Origin: Bellilinea sp.
GTDB taxonomy: Bacteria > Chloroflexota > Anaerolineae > Anaerolineales > Anaerolineaceae
Reading direction: 5' to 3'
Assembly (NCBI GenBank): GCA_036514835.1
Contig: DATBWK010000099.1
Location: 1 to 38,435, forward strand
DNA length: 38,435 nt
Shown here: in pieces, positions 24,896 through 32,824 of the stretch
Layout: every line of letters begins with the position of its first letter
Numbering within the stretch: the first letter of the stretch is position 1
Made by a program: the position numbers and the translations under genes
Notes under the pieces: generated by a model
The model's database searches: none
Seen by the model: only the letters and a program-made list of their open reading frames with translations
Told to the model about the DNA's origin: nothing

Positions 24896-25789
24896 ATGAT
24901 TTCTGGAAACGTACCGCAACACTTAGTCGTCGCTGCCCGGTCAGGCTTCCTGACGTCCGTTCGCTCCCAGGCTCCCACCTGGGGCCGCGTGGCGCAGGTC
25001 GTCGATATGAACGCCAAATCGATCGATCTGGTTGATCTGGGCGACGCCCCCATGCCGACTGAAAACGTCGGCAAATCCCAGGTGCAGGAAATGATCGAGA
25101 AGAGCATGACGGTCAAACCGCGCAACTGGGACACTACTGTGGGTATCTCCCACAACGCGGTGATGGATGATCAGACCGGATCCCTGGACCGCAAGGCCCG
25201 CTCCGCTGGCGAGAAATTCACGAAGCACATCCAAAAGATGGTCTTCCAGGCATTGAACGCCGGCGACGTGGCAGGCAACATCGGCTATGACGGGCTGACT
25301 TTCTTCCACAATGCCCATATCGACAAGGGTGCGGCCTATCAAACCGGTCAGGATAACCTGTTCGGCAATTTGCTCAGCCTGGACAATTTCGCCACGGTCA
25401 TGGCTGCGGCCCGTCAATTCCGCACCGATCAGGGTGACTACAGCGATTTCATCTACGATGCGCTGATCGTTCCTCCGGTGCTGGAGACTCTGGCAATCCA
25501 GATTTGCAGCAATCCCCAGGCCTACGATACGGCCAATCGCGAGGTCAATCCGTTCTCCGGGCGGATCACCCCGATCGTCACCCCGTATTTCGATGCGACC
25601 GCCTGGGTGCTGGCTGCCACGGGCGAAACAGCCAAACCGATTCTGGTCTCCATGCGCGAGCAGCCGAACCTGCAGAGCGCCTGGTTCGACCCGATGGGCG
25701 GCGATGGCGGCATGTACTACTTCAAGTTCTACGGCCGCTACAACGTGCATTATGGCGATTGGCGGTTGGCTGCTCTCGGAAACACCTAG
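24896..25789 (+). CDS. major capsid protein (Mu gpT-like)
   Basis: LGDAPMPTE..RNWDTTVGISHNAVMDDQTG..YDGLTFF..H..LIVPP..W. Confidence 0.88.
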   Translation: MISGNVPQHLVVAARSGFLTSVRSQAPTWGRVAQVVDMNAKSIDLVDLGDAPMPTENVGKSQVQEMIEKSMTVKPRNWDTTVGISHNAVMDDQTGSLDRKARSAGEKFTKHIQKMVFQALNAGDVAGNIGYDGLTFFHNAHIDKGAAYQTGQDNLFGNLLSLDNFATVMAAARQFRTDQGDYSDFIYDALIVPPVLETLAIQICSNPQAYDTANREVNPFSGRITPIVTPYFDATAWVLAATGETAKPILVSMREQPNLQSAWFDPMGGDGGMYYFKFYGRYNVHYGDWRLAALGNT

Positions 25790-25798
25790 GAGGCTTGC

Positions 25799-26212
25799 AT
25801 GGGTATAACCAATTTTGATGAGGTCAATGCCTCGATTGTGCGGGCGGCCTTCGAAGGTGGTCTGACTGGCAATGTGTTGGGCGATATCCAGGGCAATGTA
25901 CTGGCTCCGGTGGCGCTGGCAGCCGGCGATGGCGCAATCGCGATCAAATCCGGCGCAGTGATTATCACCAAGGGCAGCGCTGCGGCTCTGACCCTGGCTG
26001 ATCCTGTAGCCGGCACGGATGATGGCAAAAAGCTGGATATCTATTCCACCACGGCCTTTGCTCACACGGTGACCATCACCGGTGGGCTGAATGGCGCGGG
26101 CGCCGGCGCGGACGTTGGCACTTTCACGGCTGCGGCCGGAAACTGGCTGCGCCTGGTAGCCTACAACGGCAAATGGTACGGTCTTGGGCTGCTAAACGTC
26201 AGCTTTGCGTAA
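25799..26212 (+). CDS. virion structural protein (head-associated)
   Basis: AGGAGG RBS; Ala/Gly/Thr-rich beta-type protein right after capsid. Confidence 0.7.
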   Translation: MGITNFDEVNASIVRAAFEGGLTGNVLGDIQGNVLAPVALAAGDGAIAIKSGAVIITKGSAAALTLADPVAGTDDGKKLDIYSTTAFAHTVTITGGLNGAGAGADVGTFTAAAGNWLRLVAYNGKWYGLGLLNVSFA

Positions 26213-26291
26213 ACAAATCCTTTAGGGTCTGGGTGGGCAGTTACCTATCCTTACCTCCCACCCGGCCCATTGACTAGAGAAAGGAATATCC

Positions 26292-26576
26292 ATGGAGGCA
26301 CGCGTTAAATCTACGTGGCCGCTTCGCGCACTTCAAGCCCTGGCTGGCCAGGAATTTATCAAAGATGAATTCCGCCCGGTTATGCCTGGCTTTGAGGCGG
26401 AGGCCAAGCGGCATCCCTACCTGGAAGTGCGGGAGACGCTGGCGGATGACGGATCTGCCCCGGATGAGCCGCCCGTTGAAGGCGACACCGTTTCTGCAGA
26501 AACGCTGACCATTCCCAAGCCGCGCACTCCCAGACCACATACCACCCTTTCCAAGGGGAAGGGCGGTAAAAAATGA
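26292..26576 (+). CDS. hypothetical protein
   Basis: AAGGA RBS; low-complexity C-terminus. Confidence 0.6.
   Translation: MEARVKSTWPLRALQALAGQEFIKDEFRPVMPGFEAEAKRHPYLEVRETLADDGSAPDEPPVEGDTVSAETLTIPKPRTPRPHTTLSKGKGGKK
26489..26504. repeat. parS-like palindrome (perfect)
   Basis: CGTTTCTGCAGAAACG. Confidence 0.85.
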
Positions 26577-26971
26577 GCCAGGGGCATTTGCTGCATACGG
26601 TTGGGCCGATCAACTCAGGCGCAGCGGTTGGCGGCGCCGGCGTGGCTACCGCGAATGCCAACACGCCCGTGCGGGTGATGGGCCGGCTGCGCGGCATATA
26701 CATCAAATACAACGATGCGCCCCCCGCTGCCACCTGCGACATTACGATTGCCACCGTTGGCGGTAATGGCGCTCCTCCCAGCCAGGCTTTGCTCAGCATT
26801 GCCAATGCGGCTACCGATGGGTGGTTTTATCCGGCAGTTCAACTTCATACCACAGCCGGCGCTGCGATTGCCGGCGAGTATGGTCCGCTGCTGGTAGATG
26901 ACCATGTCAACGTCAAGATCGACCAGGTGAATGCCGGTGACAACATCGATGTTTGGCTGGTGCTGGAATAG
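26573..26971 (+). CDS. virion structural protein
   Basis: ATGA coupling; beta-rich. Confidence 0.7.
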   Translation: MSQGHLLHTVGPINSGAAVGGAGVATANANTPVRVMGRLRGIYIKYNDAPPAATCDITIATVGGNGAPPSQALLSIANAATDGWFYPAVQLHTTAGAAIAGEYGPLLVDDHVNVKIDQVNAGDNIDVWLVLE

Positions 26972-26984
26972 GAGGACCTGACCC

Positions 26985-27623
26985 ATGTCTGAAAAAACTG
27001 GACAACTGGCACTGCGCGGCGAAATGAAGACGAAAATCATTCGGGCATCGGGGCCTGGTTTGGGCTGGAATTTACGTAACCGGCTGCGCTGGTCGTTTGT
27101 ATGGGGCTGGCTCACAACCTGGCTGGCAAAGGTATTCAGCCGGTTTTCCGGTATTGTGACGCTGACCAGCGAGCTCAGCATTCGGGCGAAGCTCAACGGG
27201 CGCTGGGTGAATTTCGGTGTAGTCAGCCGGCGTGTGGTTACCGACGCTTTTGTGGCCTACGTGGTGGATGACTGGGACAGCGGCGCCAACGTGATCGACA
27301 ATTTCAATTATCACGGCTGCGGCACTGGCGCAGTAGCGGAAGCTGCTGGAGATATAGCACTGGGGGCGGAATGCACCACGGTACTCAATCCGGATTCCAC
27401 CCGGGCAACTGGCACCAAGAGCCAACCGGCCGCTAACCAGATGCGCACAATCGGCACGCCTGCATTTGATGGGGCTGCGGCAGTCACTGAACACGGCGTT
27501 TTCACCCAGGCAGCCACAGGCGGCGGCACACTGATGGATCGGTCTGTTTTTGCGGTCATTAATGTGGCCAGTGGAGACAGCATCCAATTTACCTATACCC
27601 TGACGCTGAACTCGGGCGGGTAA
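26985..27623 (+). CDS. virion fibre/collar-associated protein
   Basis: GCGTGAVAEAAGDIAL..VTEHGVF..GGTLMDRSVF..GDSIQFTYTL resembles fibre-anchor domains. Confidence 0.6.
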   Translation: MSEKTGQLALRGEMKTKIIRASGPGLGWNLRNRLRWSFVWGWLTTWLAKVFSRFSGIVTLTSELSIRAKLNGRWVNFGVVSRRVVTDAFVAYVVDDWDSGANVIDNFNYHGCGTGAVAEAAGDIALGAECTTVLNPDSTRATGTKSQPAANQMRTIGTPAFDGAAAVTEHGVFTQAATGGGTLMDRSVFAVINVASGDSIQFTYTLTLNSGG

Positions 27624-27629
27624 TGGCGC

Positions 27630-28964
27630 ATGCCAGCATTCCGGGCGGTCTCCGCAGCGACAGGCACCGACGCAACCGGGGAGGGAGTACTTCCTTCCGG
27701 AGTGCAAGCCGGTGATTTAATGCTGGCCTTCGTGGGGCACAGCGCTTCCAGCGCAACTATCACGGGGGAACCGGCCGGCTGGAGCTTGCAGGAAGCAGAT
27801 CCAAACCCGGCTGATTTTAGTTTGTGGTGCTATGCCAGGGTATACCAAAACGGGGATGCGGCGCCGGTGTTTACCTTCTCGGCGGCCGGATCCTGGACTG
27901 TGGATATCGCGGCCATTTCAGGAGTAGCAGCTACACCGGTCAATGCGGATATCGGTGAACAAATCGCTGCGGCCAATGCGATTGCTTTGGGCGATATCAC
28001 TCCGACCGTGAATGACTGCCTGCTGGTCGGATTTGCCATGGCAGATGCTTCGGGCGGTGCGCGTACCTGGACTCAGTCCGGATCCATGACAGAACGCCTG
28101 GATCAAATGAACAATGATTTGCATCGGGCGCTGGCGGATGAATTGCTTTCGGGCGGCGGCGGTGTACCGGTTGGGCGGACATTCACAGTCAGTGGAAACG
28201 CTCAGGATTTGGGCGGATTTTTGCTGGCCATTGCACCCCTGGCCGGCACCCAATTTTCTCAGTCTGTTTCCGGCGCCATTACACCGGCCGGCGCGATTGC
28301 CAAGCAGGACCAAAAAATAATTTCCGGCACGGTCACCCCGACCGGTGTGGCGATCAAGCAAACCAACACCACCAAAACTGGTGTAGTGAGCATGGGCGGC
28401 GCAGTGCTGAAACAGGTTCAGCGGGCACTGGCTGGAGCATTGACGCCTGCGGGATCCGTCAGTATTTCACGGCTGTTTATCAAGACAGTGTCCGGGGTCC
28501 TGTCCGGCGCGGGCGCATTGACGAAACGGGCCGCCCATGGACTGAGCGGTGAGCTGACTGTAAGCGGTTCCGTATTCAAATCCATTTACCGGGCATTGTC
28601 TGGCGCACTGAGCATGGCCGGGTCTTTGACGGCCAGTCAGGCTGCAAAAATATTTTATCAGGCTGTTTCGGGTGCACTTGACTTATCCGGTGCATTGGCC
28701 AGGAAAACCCAGCGATCACTGAACGGCAACCTGACCGGCAATGGACAGTTGGTTAAGTCGATTTCCAAACTACTCAACGGTATTTTGAGCGGTCTGGGCA
28801 CACTGGCTGCTGAGCTGCTCAATGCCTGGACTGGTACGCCGGCCAGCCGCACGCTGAGCGTTTCTACAGAAACGCGGGTGCTTCAAATTTTGCGGGAAAA
28901 CCGCACGCTGACCATTTTCCCTCAGCCACGCATATTCTATATTTCTGCAGGGATGTTGCAATGA
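27630..28964 (+). CDS. fibre-like protein with ~18-aa repeats
   Basis: N-terminal LPSGVQAGDLMLAFV..PAGW domain; about ten LSGxLxxxGxLxK repeats (~28260-28820). Confidence 0.7.
   Translation: MPAFRAVSAATGTDATGEGVLPSGVQAGDLMLAFVGHSASSATITGEPAGWSLQEADPNPADFSLWCYARVYQNGDAAPVFTFSAAGSWTVDIAAISGVAATPVNADIGEQIAAANAIALGDITPTVNDCLLVGFAMADASGGARTWTQSGSMTERLDQMNNDLHRALADELLSGGGGVPVGRTFTVSGNAQDLGGFLLAIAPLAGTQFSQSVSGAITPAGAIAKQDQKIISGTVTPTGVAIKQTNTTKTGVVSMGGAVLKQVQRALAGALTPAGSVSISRLFIKTVSGVLSGAGALTKRAAHGLSGELTVSGSVFKSIYRALSGALSMAGSLTASQAAKIFYQAVSGALDLSGALARKTQRSLNGNLTGNGQLVKSISKLLNGILSGLGTLAAELLNAWTGTPASRTLSVSTETRVLQILRENRTLTIFPQPRIFYISAGMLQ
28859..28874. repeat. parS-like palindrome (1 mismatch)
   Basis: CGTTTCTACAGAAACG. 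Confidence 0.75.
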
Positions 28965-29245
28965 GCAATGTCGGCCGCTTTACCAAACGCACCACAGCAA
29001 AACTGGATTATTTGTTCGATTGGTCGCTCTGGCTGGAGACGGGTGAAACAATCGTCTCTTATGTTTTGACGGTCGAATCGGGTATTACCAAAGTGTCGGA
29101 TGCTAAAGTCAACAGTGACAAAGCTGTGGTCGTGTGGCTGGAAGGCGGAATCCTGGGCGAGCGCTACATCATCGATTGTACGATCACAACCACCAGCACG
29201 CGGATCGACCCGCGCCGGATGGAAATCGAAATCGGGCCTTATTAG
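28961..29245 (+). CDS. fibre adaptor-like small protein
   Basis: KLDYLFDWSLWL..GETI..VVWLEGG..G..Y.I.C.ITT..R pattern. Confidence 0.65.
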   Translation: MSNVGRFTKRTTAKLDYLFDWSLWLETGETIVSYVLTVESGITKVSDAKVNSDKAVVVWLEGGILGERYIIDCTITTTSTRIDPRRMEIEIGPY

Positions 29246-29257
29246 GCAAGGAGATTC

Positions 29258-29770
29258 ATGGCTGTAGATCCCAATTCTTATGGTACCCCTACGGAGGTCG
29301 CGGCTTTGACCAGGCGCTATACCACCAACGGCACCTATGACATCACTACCAATCCAACCCTTGAAACCGTGGAGGGCTGGATCGACAGCGTTTCTGCGAC
29401 GCTGAACGTACTGCTGGCGGAAGTCGGTTTTGCGGTGCCGGTCACCCAGGCTACAGCCAAGAAAGCACTGGCCGGTATCGTTGTGGAAGCGGTAGCTGAT
29501 CTGTGCCATGCAGCCAATAGCGCCGGCCGGTTTTTCACCGATCGGATGCTGGAGCGCGGCAAATCACCGATGCAGATCATCCGGGTTGAAATGGCAGACT
29601 GGGTACAGGAGCATGCGGCCGGGTTGGAAGCGGTAGGCGTGGCCAGAGGCGGCGGAGCGGCCGATTCCGGCAGAATTGTCTTTCGAAACGGAGACGAGGC
29701 CGGCAATGCGGTCGACCCGCTCTTTCAGCGCAATGCTTTTGGCGAGCGCTCGCGGAACTGGGATCAGTAA
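29258..29770 (+). CDS. head-tail adaptor
   Basis: SYGTPTEVAAL..PT..VEGWID..SATLN.LL..GFAVPV, Mu gp36/SPP1 gp15-like pattern. Confidence 0.7.
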   Translation: MAVDPNSYGTPTEVAALTRRYTTNGTYDITTNPTLETVEGWIDSVSATLNVLLAEVGFAVPVTQATAKKALAGIVVEAVADLCHAANSAGRFFTDRMLERGKSPMQIIRVEMADWVQEHAAGLEAVGVARGGGAADSGRIVFRNGDEAGNAVDPLFQRNAFGERSRNWDQ

Positions 29771-30195
29771 TGAGATTATCGATCAAGGTCGACGGTGAGT
29801 TGGTCCGCAAGGGATTGCAGGATCTGGGTGCTGAAATCCCCAGGATCGGGCGGTCTCAAATCCGTTTTACTTCGGAGCGGATTGTCCGGCGCATGCAGGC
29901 TTATCCAGCTAAACGTCCGAGGCAAAAATACAGTCGCACCGGGCGACTTTTCAGCCATTGGAAGATCGAAAACAGCCGGGATCGCTATACCATCGAAAAT
30001 ACCGCCAGACACAAAGGCAGGGCCTATGCCAAGTTCGTGGTTGGCGATGCCTTTGGTACCAGTCAGGCCTGGATGCACCGCGGCCGCTGGCTGGTTTTTC
30101 GGGATGTAGCCGAGGAAGAATTACAGAAATTGCCGGCTGAAGTGCTCGATCAAATTTTACTGACTGCCAGACGGAAGGGACTTCAAACCGCATGA
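29770..30195 (+). CDS. neck/tail completion protein (HK97 gp10-like)
   Basis: Basic; YSRTGRL..W..YAKFV. Confidence 0.65.
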   Translation: MRLSIKVDGELVRKGLQDLGAEIPRIGRSQIRFTSERIVRRMQAYPAKRPRQKYSRTGRLFSHWKIENSRDRYTIENTARHKGRAYAKFVVGDAFGTSQAWMHRGRWLVFRDVAEEELQKLPAEVLDQILLTARRKGLQTA

Positions 30196-30653
30196 GTCGC
30201 TATGCAACGCTTTCCACTGCAGCAAAGACACTGCTGCAAACCCTGACAGTCTTCGCCGGTCATCCTGAACAGGTGACTGAAGCGGATGACCGCATTCTGG
30301 ACATGGGCGTGGATCAGGCCATCATCCTGTATCCTGGCATGTTCGGGGAAGAGGTTGACGAACAGGATCGATCCTACCGATCCTATACAATGGTCATCGA
30401 GCTGTTTGTGCGGCTTTCCAGCACAGATGCAGCCGCCTTTGCTGCCCTGATTGCCTTGCGCGATTCAGTGATCCAGCTGGAGGAGGAATATCCTCACCTG
30501 AATCTGGCCGATGCGCTGGAGTCTACTATTCGGGCGGATGAAGATCCGGCCTGGGTATTCGATACCGCTTCGACCGGCCCGACCTTCCTGATGCAGACCT
30601 TGCGCTGGGAAGTTTATCGGCTTACGCCGTTGATAGGAGGTTTGTTCGCATGA
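30192..30653 (+). CDS. tail terminator (putative)
   Basis: Acidic 153 aa protein at the expected position. Confidence 0.55.
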   Translation: MSRYATLSTAAKTLLQTLTVFAGHPEQVTEADDRILDMGVDQAIILYPGMFGEEVDEQDRSYRSYTMVIELFVRLSSTDAAAFAALIALRDSVIQLEEEYPHLNLADALESTIRADEDPAWVFDTASTGPTFLMQTLRWEVYRLTPLIGGLFA

Positions 30654-31399
30654 GATCTGTGAAACGCTGGTCCCGCTTTTATGCCGATGGCTATAACCTG
30701 AGTTCCGAGGTGGGCACCATTGGCCAGTTGAAGTGGGAGTACGATGCAGAGCTGTTCGCGGCGCTGGACTGGGAAGTCCAGGGCAGTCTGCCCGACCAGG
30801 TCAACCTGGGCGCCGGCCCGGTGAATGGCTTATTCAGCCAGGAAACGGGCGGAACGCTGCAAGCTGTGCTGGTGCCTGGCATCGATCGGTACGTGATGGT
30901 CCCGGTCGGATTCCTGGCTCCTCCGGCCATGGGCGACCCGGTTTATTGCGCCAGATTGCTGCAGACAGAGGGTAAATTGACACCTGGCGCCGGCATGATG
31001 ACCGGTTCCTGGAATTTCCCTCAGGCCAGCATTTTGGGCGGATGGAACTATACCAAACCCTGGGGTGTGCTGCTCAATCCGCTGATCAGCCGGACCGCAG
31101 TCAATGCAGCTGCCGGCGTGGACGGCGGAGCGGCTTCCAGCGCGGGCGGTTTCATGGCTTACCAGGTCATGGCGGGCGCCGGCGTGGGATCCGTGGTGAT
31201 CAAAGTGCAGGACAGCGCAGATAATGCGGCCTGGGCTGACCTGGCACTGGCCACTATTTCCGTTGCCAGCACGGCCATCCCAACCGCTGGCCAGGTGCAA
31301 ATTCCTATTACTGCCACTGTGCGTAGATATCTGCGCTGGCAGATCGTATTCACCGGGATGACCGGAGTCACATTTGCCCTCGCGTTCGTGCGCGGGTAG
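30650..31399 (+). CDS. tail-tube-like structural protein with extra C-terminal domain
   Basis: Position; C-terminal IKVQDSADNAAWADL..TVRRYLR beta-sandwich pattern. Confidence 0.55.
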   Translation: MRSVKRWSRFYADGYNLSSEVGTIGQLKWEYDAELFAALDWEVQGSLPDQVNLGAGPVNGLFSQETGGTLQAVLVPGIDRYVMVPVGFLAPPAMGDPVYCARLLQTEGKLTPGAGMMTGSWNFPQASILGGWNYTKPWGVLLNPLISRTAVNAAAGVDGGAASSAGGFMAYQVMAGAGVGSVVIKVQDSADNAAWADLALATISVASTAIPTAGQVQIPITATVRRYLRWQIVFTGMTGVTFALAFVRG

Positions 31400-31411
31400 A
31401 AAGGTTTTTCT

Positions 31412-31897
31412 ATGGCTGCAAACGTCGGACGTACGGTAAAACGGTGGACCAATTTCATCTTGCATGATTCGGCCGGTGTGCTGCGAGCTATCCCGGTCGA
31501 TTCGATCAACGGGGTTGGTTTGACCTATCCGGAAGCGGACCTAACCGCTTTTCAGGATGCGCTCAAGGGCGCGTTGCCGGATACCCCGGAATGCGTGATC
31601 GACATCACTGGCCCGGTGGATAATTCGGTCGCTACCGCTTCGCCGGCATTGTCCGGATCACATACGGTGCTGAGCGCTTTAGCTGGCGGCGTCACTCCGC
31701 TCTCGCTGGACGTGCAAATCGGCATCCGGCACGCCTGGGAAGCCGGGGAACCGCAGTTTGGGATCACCAAATCGGCAACTTCAGGTTTCCTGTGCCTGAG
31801 CTACACTGTGGACCCGGGTACCCAGCGTTATTCGGCCAAGTTCGGCATGTTCCCGGGATCCAGCGCCCCTGCATGGGGTGTTGCCAGCGAGGTTTAA
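31412..31897 (+). CDS. tail tube protein (putative)
   Basis: 161 aa directly before the chaperone; DLTAFQD..K.ALP....IDITGPVD. Confidence 0.6.
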   Translation: MAANVGRTVKRWTNFILHDSAGVLRAIPVDSINGVGLTYPEADLTAFQDALKGALPDTPECVIDITGPVDNSVATASPALSGSHTVLSALAGGVTPLSLDVQIGIRHAWEAGEPQFGITKSATSGFLCLSYTVDPGTQRYSAKFGMFPGSSAPAWGVASEV

Positions 31898-31900
31898 TCT

Positions 31901-32257
31901 ATGCCGAAAACCATTGAATCCCCCGTCAAACGATTTTCGGGTACGGTTGTGCTGCCAGATGCGCTGACTTTTCCGCAGTACAACGCCTTCAATGCTGCAA
32001 TGAAGGCGGTAAAAACTTACAATGATGCCATGAAAGCAGCGGAAACAAATCCGGAAAGATCCAGACAAAATCAGGCCATGGTTCCTGGCGTGTTGGCGTG
32101 TGTTGCGGAATGGACATTGGCCAATTTGACACCTGAGCAACTCACGGAAGAAACCTTCCCTGCGACTCCATATGTGGCCGTCACGCAGTTACTGACCTGG
32201 CTGGTTAAAGCGATCACTGACCTGGTTTTTGAGGCAGACGACAGCCCAAACGCATAG
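31901..32257 (+). CDS. tail assembly chaperone (G)
   Basis: Between tube and TMP; ends in slippery C-CCA-AAC. Confidence 0.7.
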   Translation: MPKTIESPVKRFSGTVVLPDALTFPQYNAFNAAMKAVKTYNDAMKAAETNPERSRQNQAMVPGVLACVAEWTLANLTPEQLTEETFPATPYVAVTQLLTWLVKAITDLVFEADDSPNA

Positions 32258-32568
32258 CGGCGCGTTATGCAGCTTATCGATTGCAGAGCGCGCCGGAAGG
32301 CGACCTGGAAAAGCAGATTGCGGAAGACCTGGAAGAATTGTCTCTGGTCAGTGCATTCGGAATCGAGCCCGTTTATGGAATAGGCCCACTTCCACTGGCA
32401 AACTTGCGAAAGCTCAGAACGCTTGGAAATTTACGGAAGTTCTGGGAGATCAAAGATGCCCAGGAAAATCAAGCGGAGTGGGCCGAGAAAAATCCAGATG
32501 CGGAAGGGATGATCCAGTGGGCGATTGTACAGGCTCAGAGACAGGGCCTAATCGATGACCAGGAGTGA
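32245..32568 (+). CDS. tail chaperone -1 frameshift extension (GT)
   Basis: -1 frame open from CCCAAAC (32245-32251) to TGA 32568; no clear own RBS. Confidence 0.65.
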   Translation, partial: PKRIAARYAAYRLQSAPEGDLEKQIAEDLEELSLVSAFGIEPVYGIGPLPLANLRKLRTLGNLRKFWEIKDAQENQAEWAEKNPDAEGMIQWAIVQAQRQGLIDDQE

Positions 32569-32582
32569 AACGTGCTTTTCGA

Positions 32583-32777
32583 TTAATTGAAGAGGAAAGA
32601 GAGAATGCTGATCGCTACTGCAGCACCGGCCAGGAAGGATAAAAATCCCACGGATCCCCGGATGGAGCGGAGATATCGGGCAATCTCCAATAGCAGGAGT
32701 TGGTCTGTCTCAGGCTGGACCGGCGTATCCAATTTGCGGCCTTCGATCAAATCAGAAATGAACTTTGATGTAATCAT
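32583..32777 (-). CDS. moron-like small membrane protein
   Basis: Antisense to tail operon; AAGGAG RBS; extended -10 TG-C-CATAAT (32804-32799); C-terminal TM helix. Confidence 0.65.
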   Translation of the reverse strand: MITSKFISDLIEGRKLDTPVQPETDQLLLLEIARYLRSIRGSVGFLSFLAGAAVAISILSFLFN

Positions 32778-32824
32778 GAAAAAATCTCCTTTGTGCTTAT
32801 TATGGCACAGATTCGGAATTGTCA

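Noticed and set aside
15649-25789. Transposable Mu-like phage
   Set aside because: No DDE transposase or MuB ATPase; tyrosine integrase and attP are present
24941-26065. 374-aa minus-strand ORF
   Set aside because: Antisense shadow of the capsid and following gene; no motifs or RBS
20262-29404. Half-sites CGTTTCTGC at 20262 and 29389 as extra palindrome copies
   Set aside because: Right arm GAAACG is absent; could be chance
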